Below are positions 24,528 to 32,574 of a stretch of 36,071 nucleotides of DNA, piece after piece (the stretch's first letter is position 1; the number at the start of each line of letters is the position of its first letter). Both the position numbers and the translations under genes were made by a program. The notes under the pieces were generated by a model that saw nothing but the letters and a program-made list of their open reading frames with translations, had not been told where the DNA came from and did no database searches. Origin of the DNA: an uncultured Solibacteraceae bacterium (GTDB taxonomy: Bacteria > Acidobacteriota > Terriglobia > Bryobacterales > Bryobacteraceae); the NCBI GenBank assembly GCA_964441675.1, contig CAYTVP010000002.1, forward strand, positions 1-36,071, read 5' to 3'.

Positions 24528-27500
24528 TCAGTTTGTACATGTTAACCGCGCGGATGCCCAATCCGCATGATCGTAGTCGATCCAGTCACTTCCTCCTGTT
24601 ACTCGAAGAAGTAACTCCGCTCGCCCAGTTACATCCACATCTACTGTTTGCGTTACACTGGATCCGGTCATTGTCCCGCTCGAGAATAGCTGAACGCCAT
24701 CCGCGAAGACCAGGAAAACGACCGATCCCATCGCACCTACCTCGTCATCCACCCCAACGCTCGCCTGAAACGAGGTACAACTCCCGCCAAGGTTATAGCG
24801 AATCTCGGATACAGCATGCACCCCGAGACCTTTAGCATGAGTAACTCCATTCAGAACAATTGGCCCACCGTCGCCCGCGGCATTCTCCCCGTTGCTGCGA
24901 TCCTTCTCTACCGGACCATATCCATTAATTGGCGTTCCAATCCATGTCATGTCACTGAGAAAGCGGGTGGTAAGTGCAGCTGACACGGTTTGAAATGTCC
25001 AGGTATGATCACTCGCCAGCCGATTTCCTGCAACATCTGATACACCGGAAGGTCCTCCGGCCACTTTGGCCAAGTACGTCGTGCTGTTTTTCAACGAAGC
25101 CGCCGGCTGAAGAGTTACCGTGCGTGTAGCCGCCGCATAGCTTACCGTTGCCGCTAGTACTTCGGTTGTTCCCTGTTCCACCAAAGTAACCGTACTGGTA
25201 TTGATGGTAGAGGTCAGCATATTTTCTGAGAACACGGCTGATACGGCAGCAGTCGTGGCGATCCCTGTAGCACCAGAAGATGGAGTGGTGCCGGATACAG
25301 TCGGTGGAGTAGTGTCCACCGGAGGCGAGGCTACCGTACGGAACGTCCACGTCTGATCGGCTGCCAGGTGATTTCCTGCGATATCGGCGACCCCGCCAGC
25401 GCCGCCTTTCACAGAGGCGGCATAGACGGTATCCTGTTTCAACGCGGTAGTTGGCTGAAATAAACCTGTTCTTGTCGCCGCCACATAGTTTACCGTTCCG
25501 GCAACAGGTGTTGCTGTCCCCTGCTCCATCAAAAACAGCGTACTGGCGTTGACCGACGAGGCATTCATTGCTTCGGAGAACACAACGGAGACAGATGTGG
25601 ATACGGGTACGGCCGTGGCTCCATTGACAGGAGCGGTGCTGACGATCGTCGGAGGTGTCGTTTCGGAGCTGAATGTCGCTGTGAATGTTATGCCCGTTTC
25701 ACCTACCGTTACATTGTGCTGCTGAGCGCCTCCGTTCGACCATGATAGAAACGTCCGACCTCCTTGCGGAGACGGCGCGAAAATCGTATGAGCTGAACCT
25801 GCCGTCGTCTGCCTGGTTAGAGGACTGGTTCCCGCAATACCGCCATAGACCACCTGCAACCCAGTCGGGACGGTCGCAAGAGTAATCGGTATCAGCTTTG
25901 GTTGAATTACGACTGTCTTAGTTTCGCTAAGGCCACCGCTATCGGTAGCAGTGAGATCCAACTCAAAATGACTTTCATCACCATGGTCGGGAATGACGAA
26001 GCTTCCGGACGCTCCTGTTACTGTCGTAAGAATATGTATGTGACATACCCCGCTCGGGCAGTGTTGGATGCGGATTACCCATGACAGATTCGAACTCGGG
26101 ATTGTGCCATCCTCCGCATCGGTGGCTGATCCCGAAAAGTTGATGACATCTCCCACCTTATACGTCAGGGTCGGGGATGGAGATGCAATAGTGACAACAG
26201 GCTTTGCGTTCGTGGCAGTGCAGGTAATCCTGGCGTCTGCCCAATCGGCATGGTCGGAATCAATCCAGTCGCCACCGTCCAGCACACGAAGCCTCAACTC
26301 ATTCTTTCCGCTGATGTTTACCGATATAGGAAGTGGTCCGTCGGTCCCGCGGCGAACCGGACTCGCAAACAATCTAGTTCCATCCGCCCAAACTTCGAAT
26401 ACCACCGACCCGAAATTTCCGACCTCGTCATCCACGCCAACGTCGGCAGCGAAGGACGTACACGCACCGCCCAGCGCATACCGCACATCGGAAACCGCAT
26501 GTGTACCCAGCCCCTTCGCATAAACGGTTCCGCCAATGGTTAAGGGTCTGCCATCTCCTGCTGCGTTCTCACCGTTGCTGAGATCCTTCTCGACGGGTCC
26601 ATAGCCGTTGGTCATCGACGTCCACGTTAGATCGCTTAGATACGTTGCCACGGAGCCGCCGCCGCTTCCAGTCGTAAAAGTCCAGGTGTCGTCGGCAACC
26701 AATGGATTACCTGCCACATCCTTTACTCCCGACTCACCGCCCTTTACCGTTACAAGATAGGCTGTGGACGGCGTGAGTGGGGCGTATGGTTGCAGAGTGG
26801 CGCGCCGGTTCGGCGCATCATAGTTAAGCGACGCAGATACCGGATTGCCGCCGGTTTGAAGATAAAAAGTGCTGGTTGTAACGGTGGCAGCATTCATCGG
26901 CTCAGAGAACGTAATCACAACGCCCGTTGAGATCGGTACACCAGTGGCATTGCTTGCCGGGTTCCGGGTGGCAATAGTCGGTGGAGTCGTATCCGCCGCA
27001 GCGGTGCAAGTAATCTTTGCATCCGCCCAGTCCCCATGATCGGATCCAATTCCGTCACCTCCATCAAGTACCGCGAGCACAAGCTCTTGCTTGCCTTGTA
27101 TATTCACGTTCACCGATCTCGTCGCGGTCGAGCCCGTCATTAATCCGCTGTCATACAGCGTTGTGCCGTCAGCTTGAACCCGAAAGACGATACTTCCAAA
27201 CGGACCCACTTCGTCGTCCACGCCAACTTGAGCCGTAAACGCAGAACATTGACCTAATATCGGATAGCGAAGTTGTGATTGCGCGTGAGTTCCGAGACCT
27301 TTCTGAAAGGTAACTCCCGCGAGAGTGATTACTTTTCCGTCGCCGTCTTCAAGCTCTCCATTACTGCGGTCTTTCTCAAAAGGTCCCCAGCCATTGGTGG
27401 CGCTAATCGGTAGCAGATCGCTAACAAACGATGTACCTGGTGGTGGAGGTGTCACTGTTGTAAATGTCCAGACGCGGTCCCCCACTAAGGTATTACCGGC

Positions 27501-29642
27501 CAAATCGCGCGCGCCGCTAGCGCCGCCCCGTATAGTAACCACGTAGGTCCCGCCTTGATCGAGATTGGCAACAGGATCGAGAACCGTTGTATTCGTTGCG
27601 GCTGTATGGACGATTGTTGCGGAAACTGGCGATCCACTACCTTGCTTCCGCAGTTCGAACGTCGAAGCATTCAGCGACGACACATCCATGGCTTCCGTCC
27701 ACGTCACGCTGACTGATGTGCTTAACGCGCCTATGCTCCCATTGGCCGGCGTTGAGCTGAGTATGTTCGGCGGATCCGCATCAGGGCCGTCAATATGACG
27801 GACGCGCTTTAGTTGACCGGTAACAATGGCCAGGTAGTACAAATTGCCGTCCGGACCCATGTTGAACGCTACAGGACCTTCCGCGTTCGTCGCGAAGTTA
27901 ACCGGTGTTCCGACAAGATTATTGTTGGCGTCTACCTTCAGGTATGTGATGGTGCTGTCGGCATAGTCCCCGTAAAAAAATGCCCCCTGATACTCTGCCG
28001 GGTAATTCGTTCCGGTATAGAACACACCACCTACGGCAGCGGCGCTTCGTCCGGCTCTATCGATCTCAACCAGCGGTCCCTTAGCTGCAGCCGGTCCCTG
28101 CTGATAGAGAGCCTGGCAGACCGGTAAAGGCTCAAACCCGCTCTGGCGGGCATTTCCCTCAAAGCATGGCCAGCCGAGATTTGCACCAGCAGTCGCCACA
28201 TTGATCTCTTCGAAAGATCCCCAGCCCACTTCGCCCATGAAGGGAACATTGGACCCTGGCTTTAGCCCGAAACGGAATGAGTTCCGCATTCCATAGGCAA
28301 AAATCTTGGATTGGTTTGCGGCCGCATCGCCCGTCCAAAAGGGGTTCGACGGCAATCCTGCACCAGTAGGGGTAATTCTCAACAGCTTGCCGGCCAGGGA
28401 ATGCAGATACTGTGACCGCAACGCGTCGTCGGTTACGATGTTGAAATTGGCGCCCTCACCCAGACTGACAAATAGATTCCCGTCGGATGCGAATCGAATC
28501 CCTCCGACACTGTGAGACCAATAGTCAGACGGAATACAATCGGCGCCTTGCGGGAAGTCGTTACAGGAACCGGTACCACCGACAACAGTTCCCACCAACA
28601 CTAACTCCGAACTGAGAGATGCTGTGTCTCCCTGTGCAGTAACTCGAATAACTTGAGCAGTTTTTGGTCCGGAGGCGTCTAACGGATCATGTTCGTACGT
28701 ATAGGACAGGTAAACGTAACCGTTCGTCGCAAAGTTTGGATCCACGGCCAGCCCGAGAAGTCCCCGGTCCCATATGCTGTTCACCCGGCTTCGCATATCC
28801 AGAAACGGCGTCGGGAGGATCGCACCATTTTTGAAGATTCGAATCAATCCGGTCTGTTCGGTGAATAGAATCCGCCCATCGGGAAGAAACGCAAAATTGG
28901 TGGGCTGTTGCAAACCCGATGCCACAACGTCCACAAGAAATCCGAGATTGATGTTGATCGCGTTACCCATGGGCGCCGCAGCTAATCTCGGTTCGATCTT
29001 TACTGCGCGCGCGGCGCCGGCGCCCGTGGTTGAATTCTCTTCAGGGCTTACCAGCGTTTCATCAACAAGGAACTCCATGGGTTGGTTATCGGCGGGAGAC
29101 AGTGCCTCGCTTCGAACCGGGTCACCCAACTTGAAAGCCCCCGCCTGCCAGACGCATCCTCGCCGGAAGGTTCGCGCATGCTGTTCTGCGGCTCGAAACT
29201 CAGTTCGATAGCGCCCCACTCCGACGGTTCGCACTAATCCGGCCCTCAGTAAGTCGAGCGCTACAATGTTGCCAAGCTTCCGGAAGTGATATGCACGGCG
29301 CCGGCGCTGATCGAAAGCCTCAAGGGGATCGTCTTCAAGGTCGACGCCGCCCGCCAGTAACAACTGTAAACCCCTCGCTGCCAACTGTCCACAAGCCGTC
29401 CGCAGCGGTGGAGCTTCAATACCAGCCAGACGGATCGCGCTGCGCAGGCCGTTTACATATACGTCGATGCTTTCACCGTCGATGACCCGTACGAAACCTC
29501 TCACTGTCCGATTCCCAGTACCTGCAGCGGGGGCTCCGCCAGGAGGGACACGAATGATACGTGGCTGTGCAAGAGCAGCTACACTCATTACCGCGATCAG
29601 TCCCCACCGGATCACCGATGCATATTTGTTACTCGAACGCAA
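24528..29642 (-). CDS. giant secreted multidomain protein: SNase-like, PQQ-dependent sugar dehydrogenase beta-propeller, 4x Big_5-like Ig, PKD-like region, 3x NPCBM
   Basis: The start is placed at TTG 29642 (GGAGGAGGA 9-10 nt upstream; gives MRSSNKYASVIRWGLIAVMSVAALA signal peptide); the track starts at TTG 29732. Approximate domain coordinates in nt: SNase-like 29148-29501; propeller 27798-28949 (GLLGLAVDPNF, HSVGGIRF, GKLLRITP, YGMRNSFRF); Big_5 at 27453-27776, 26670-26993, 25335-25664 and 24987-25319; NPCBM at 27006-27431, 26220-26645 and 24537-24965; PKD-like 25668-26207. Confidence 0.8.
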   Translation of the reverse strand: MRSSNKYASVIRWGLIAVMSVAALAQPRIIRVPPGGAPAAGTGNRTVRGFVRVIDGESIDVYVNGLRSAIRLAGIEAPPLRTACGQLAARGLQLLLAGGVDLEDDPLEAFDQRRRRAYHFRKLGNIVALDLLRAGLVRTVGVGRYRTEFRAAEQHARTFRRGCVWQAGAFKLGDPVRSEALSPADNQPMEFLVDETLVSPEENSTTGAGAARAVKIEPRLAAAPMGNAININLGFLVDVVASGLQQPTNFAFLPDGRILFTEQTGLIRIFKNGAILPTPFLDMRSRVNSIWDRGLLGLAVDPNFATNGYVYLSYTYEHDPLDASGPKTAQVIRVTAQGDTASLSSELVLVGTVVGGTGSCNDFPQGADCIPSDYWSHSVGGIRFASDGNLFVSLGEGANFNIVTDDALRSQYLHSLAGKLLRITPTGAGLPSNPFWTGDAAANQSKIFAYGMRNSFRFGLKPGSNVPFMGEVGWGSFEEINVATAGANLGWPCFEGNARQSGFEPLPVCQALYQQGPAAAKGPLVEIDRAGRSAAAVGGVFYTGTNYPAEYQGAFFYGDYADSTITYLKVDANNNLVGTPVNFATNAEGPVAFNMGPDGNLYYLAIVTGQLKRVRHIDGPDADPPNILSSTPANGSIGALSTSVSVTWTEAMDVSSLNASTFELRKQGSGSPVSATIVHTAATNTTVLDPVANLDQGGTYVVTIRGGASGARDLAGNTLVGDRVWTFTTVTPPPPGTSFVSDLLPISATNGWGPFEKDRSNGELEDGDGKVITLAGVTFQKGLGTHAQSQLRYPILGQCSAFTAQVGVDDEVGPFGSIVFRVQADGTTLYDSGLMTGSTATRSVNVNIQGKQELVLAVLDGGDGIGSDHGDWADAKITCTAAADTTPPTIATRNPASNATGVPISTGVVITFSEPMNAATVTTSTFYLQTGGNPVSASLNYDAPNRRATLQPYAPLTPSTAYLVTVKGGESGVKDVAGNPLVADDTWTFTTGSGGGSVATYLSDLTWTSMTNGYGPVEKDLSNGENAAGDGRPLTIGGTVYAKGLGTHAVSDVRYALGGACTSFAADVGVDDEVGNFGSVVFEVWADGTRLFASPVRRGTDGPLPISVNISGKNELRLRVLDGGDWIDSDHADWADARITCTATNAKPVVTIASPSPTLTYKVGDVINFSGSATDAEDGTIPSSNLSWVIRIQHCPSGVCHIHILTTVTGASGSFVIPDHGDESHFELDLTATDSGGLSETKTVVIQPKLIPITLATVPTGLQVVYGGIAGTSPLTRQTTAGSAHTIFAPSPQGGRTFLSWSNGGAQQHNVTVGETGITFTATFSSETTPPTIVSTAPVNGATAVPVSTSVSVVFSEAMNASSVNASTLFLMEQGTATPVAGTVNYVAATRTGLFQPTTALKQDTVYAASVKGGAGGVADIAGNHLAADQTWTFRTVASPPVDTTPPTVSGTTPSSGATGIATTAAVSAVFSENMLTSTINTSTVTLVEQGTTEVLAATVSYAAATRTVTLQPAASLKNSTTYLAKVAGGPSGVSDVAGNRLASDHTWTFQTVSAALTTRFLSDMTWIGTPINGYGPVEKDRSNGENAAGDGGPIVLNGVTHAKGLGVHAVSEIRYNLGGSCTSFQASVGVDDEVGAMGSVVFLVFADGVQLFSSGTMTGSSVTQTVDVDVTGRAELLLRVTGGSDWIDYDHADWASARLTCTN

Positions 29643-29765
29643 AGACGGGCTTCCTCCTCCCAACACGTACCGCCCGAGTAGTCTGTAAAACACAAGTGCT
29701 CGCAATGTCGGTTCGGGCGGGCCAACAAGCAAGGAATAGGAAATCTAAACTTCCGAGAAGTTTTG

Positions 29766-29793
29766 ATTATAGGGCCGGCTATAACAAAGTCAA
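29766..29793 (-). promoter_or_regulatory. sigma70-type promoter candidate for the giant gene
   Basis: The minus strand reads TTGACT, a 16-nt spacer, then TATAAT. This is a near-consensus match in the AT-rich intergenic region, about 120 nt upstream of the TTG 29642 start. Confidence 0.45.
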
Positions 29794-30284
29794 TTGGAGA
29801 TATCCCCACTTTGCAGGAGGAATATTAAACGTTACAGAAGTGTCTAGGAGCTTCCAGAAATGCAAGTCACTGAGAGGAATGATTATAGATTTGCGACCCG
29901 CACTAAATGTCACCTGTTTTGCATCTAATCCGCTATTGATCATTTAAGTACTATCAAGTTCTACTGTTACTATCAGTACCGATCATCGCGCTGTCTGCGC
30001 GAGCAATGCTGTTTCCAACGATCTCCCCACGCATACGTCTCGCCCGTTTCAAGCTGTTCGCGGTGTCAGCGGATTTTTTTTTGGCCGACCCCAAGCGTCT
30101 CCGCCATGGCATGCATTGAAAGCGGTGGGTGACGAAGCTTTATATACAATAATTAAATGTTGTCCGCGGTGGTCTCAGAGAGGACAGAGTACCCGGTCGT
30201 CGTCTCCGGCAATGCCGGTTCGAAGGAGATTTGGACGATCTCTAAAATACGCCTTCCCGTTGTCCGCCGACGGTTTTAAATACT

Positions 30285-31562
30285 ATGCCTGAACTCAAAC
30301 AAAACACCTCCCGCCGGGATGTCCTGAAGACGGGGGTTGTGCTTGCCGGCGCGCCGGCGCTGCTCCGATCGCAATCCGCGGCCAAGGCAATCAAGGTCGG
30401 TCTTGTCGGTTGCGGGGGAAGAGGTACGGGCGCCGCCGCACAAGCTCTGAAGGCCGACGACTACTCAGAATTAACAGCTGTTGCAGATGTCGATCTGGAG
30501 CGGGTCAACGCGTCGCTTGAGACCCTGAAGAAAGTAGCCGGCCCGAAAGTAAAAGTGGAATCGGCCAACATCTTTACCGGCTTAGATTCATACCAGAAGT
30601 TGATTAATAGTGGCGTGGATGTCGTCCTGCTGGCTACCCCGCCGGGTTTCCGCCCACAGCACCTGCGGGCGGCGGTTCAGGCTGGTAAACATGTCTTCTG
30701 CGAAAAACCCGTTGCGGTCGACGCGCCCGGCGTTCGTGACGTTCTGGAAACTGCCAAGATGGCCAAAGAGAAGAATCTCTCTCTGGTTTCCGGCTTCTGC
30801 TGGCGCTATAGCCCCTATATCCGAGCCACATTCGAACAGGTCCACGGTGGAAAGATCGGCAACATTGTTGCGTATTACGGCACCTACTACACCAGCCCGG
30901 TAAAGCCTATGCCTGCCGCCGACACGCGGCCGTCCGGCATGAGCGATGTCGAGTGGCAGATTCGCAACTGGTACAACTTCGGGTGGCTTTGCGGAGACAG
31001 CCTTGTGGAACAGGCGATCCATACAGTCGACAAGGTGGCATGGGCCTTTCAGGACAAAGCTCCCCTCAGTTGCGTCGCTGTTGGCGGACGCCAGATTCCC
31101 GCCCAAGGCGGCAATATTTATGACCACTTTGAAGTGAACTACCTATATCCCAATAATGTCCGCGCATTTGTCGCAAGCCGCCAGATAGAAGGCTGCTATA
31201 ACGAAACGGCCGACTACATAATGGGAACCAAGGGAGTTTGCACCATTGGCCGCGGCCCGATCCCTCGGATCGAGGGGGAGGAGAGCTGGCAATTCGAGGG
31301 CGAAAAAGGCGATATGTACCAGGCGGAGCACGACGCGTTGTTCGCATCAATTCGCAGTGGGAAGGCGATCAACGATGGAGAACGTCAGGCAACCAGCACG
31401 ATGTTGGGCATCATGGGGCGAATGGCGGCCTACACGGGACAGTCGCTCACATGGGACCAGGCGTTCAATTCCCAGGAACGCCTTTTTCCGGAAAACCTCG
31501 AATGGAGTATGAGTCTGCCGGTTAAGCCAATGGCCATGCCGGGAGTAACACCATTTGTCTAG
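30285..31562 (+). CDS. Tat-exported Gfo/Idh/MocA-family NAD(P)-dependent oxidoreductase
   Basis: Twin-arginine signal TSRRDVLKTGVVLAGAPALL. Rossmann motif KVGLVGCGGRGTG. CEKPVA is typical of the Gfo/Idh/MocA family. Confidence 0.85.
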   Translation: MPELKQNTSRRDVLKTGVVLAGAPALLRSQSAAKAIKVGLVGCGGRGTGAAAQALKADDYSELTAVADVDLERVNASLETLKKVAGPKVKVESANIFTGLDSYQKLINSGVDVVLLATPPGFRPQHLRAAVQAGKHVFCEKPVAVDAPGVRDVLETAKMAKEKNLSLVSGFCWRYSPYIRATFEQVHGGKIGNIVAYYGTYYTSPVKPMPAADTRPSGMSDVEWQIRNWYNFGWLCGDSLVEQAIHTVDKVAWAFQDKAPLSCVAVGGRQIPAQGGNIYDHFEVNYLYPNNVRAFVASRQIEGCYNETADYIMGTKGVCTIGRGPIPRIEGEESWQFEGEKGDMYQAEHDALFASIRSGKAINDGERQATSTMLGIMGRMAAYTGQSLTWDQAFNSQERLFPENLEWSMSLPVKPMAMPGVTPFV

Positions 31563-32574
31563 AATTCTCATTGCCTTACTGCTTTTGAGCAAGTGGACTC
31601 TTGCGGCTGATGAGCGGGCTACTGTCGAAAAGTTGCACTCCAGGATCGCCGGCCAGACGAAAGAAAAGCAGGAGGCGGATATGCAGCCCTACAAGGCAGC
31701 TATCCCCAACTCAACCGTCAGCTTCGAAATGGTGCCTATAAAGGGAGGCGAATTCCTGATGGGTACTCCCGATACGGAAAGGAACCGCCGCAAAGGCGAA
31801 GGGCCTCAACATACCGTAAAAGTCGACCCTTTCTGGATGGGGAAATTTGAAGTGACCTGGGATGAGTATCGACTCTTTATGTTCTCGAAAATGGCGAACG
31901 AAGCTGAGAACAAAGATGAAGTCGTCGATGCCGTCAGCCGTCCGACGCGACCCTACGTGGAAATGAGCTTCGGCATGGGGCTTGATGGCTTTCCCGCGAT
32001 CAGCATGACTCAGCACGCGGCCAACAAATACGCCGAGTGGCTGAGCGCAAAAACCGGCCAATTCTACCGGCTTCCGACCGAAGCTGAATGGGAATACGCG
32101 TGCCGCGCCGGAACCACCACCGCTTACTCCTTCGGAGACGACGTGGCCCAGCTTGGCGATTATGCCTGGTATGCCGTGAATAGTCCGGAAAAGTATCAAA
32201 AGATCGGTACCCGGAAGCCGAATCCCTGGGGTCTTTTTGACATGCACGGAAACGTTATGGAGTGGACTCTCGACCAATACGATCCGAATGGATACCCCGA
32301 GGGAAACGCGGTGAATCCATGGAATAAGTCCACCAAGCCCTATCCGCAGGCTGTACGTGGAGGATCCTGGCAGGATGGAGCGGCACAGCTTCGCTGCGGG
32401 GCGCGCGTAGGATCCGATCCGTCGTGGAAGCAACAGGACCCCCAACTCCCAAAGAGCATTTGGTATCACACCGACGCACAGGGATTGGGATTCCGCCTCG
32501 TCCGCCCGCTGGCGGTCCCCACCGCAGAGCAGATGTTCAACTACTGGAACAGCGGAGTTGAGGGCGAGCAGTAA
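31555..32574 (+). CDS. Sec-exported FGE-sulfatase-fold (SUMF1/EgtB/PvdO family) protein, not a canonical FGE
   Basis: TTG start with GGGAG 9 nt upstream, overlapping the upstream stop by 8 nt. Signal peptide MSRILIALLLLSKWTLAA. Motifs: YRLPTEAEWEYACRAG, GLFDMHGNVMEWT, AVRGGSW, GFRLVRP. No Cys pair follows GGSW. Confidence 0.8.
   Translation: MSRILIALLLLSKWTLAADERATVEKLHSRIAGQTKEKQEADMQPYKAAIPNSTVSFEMVPIKGGEFLMGTPDTERNRRKGEGPQHTVKVDPFWMGKFEVTWDEYRLFMFSKMANEAENKDEVVDAVSRPTRPYVEMSFGMGLDGFPAISMTQHAANKYAEWLSAKTGQFYRLPTEAEWEYACRAGTTTAYSFGDDVAQLGDYAWYAVNSPEKYQKIGTRKPNPWGLFDMHGNVMEWTLDQYDPNGYPEGNAVNPWNKSTKPYPQAVRGGSWQDGAAQLRCGARVGSDPSWKQQDPQLPKSIWYHTDAQGLGFRLVRPLAVPTAEQMFNYWNSGVEGEQ

Noticed and set aside
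25274-25288. An SGAT tetrapeptide (TPSSGATGI) in the giant protein, considered as a potential ApbE flavinylation site.
   Set aside because: It sits at the consensus N-terminal position of a Big_5-like Ig repeat; the sister repeats read SNATGV, NGATAV and NGSIGA. It lacks the upstream Asp and the FMN-bind domain context of genuine sites.
24987-27776. Periodic repeats of about 330-430 nt in the giant gene, considered as a possible CRISPR-like or tandem DNA repeat.
   Set aside because: The repeats are diverged protein-domain units (Big_5-like and NPCBM) in a continuous reading frame. There are no short identical direct repeats with unique spacers.
30006-30116. A 36-codon + strand ORF (MLFPTISPRIRLARFKLFAVSADFFLADPKRLRHGMH) in the divergent intergenic region.
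   Set aside because: It has no Shine-Dalgarno and no recognisable features. Its composition is consistent with random non-coding sequence.
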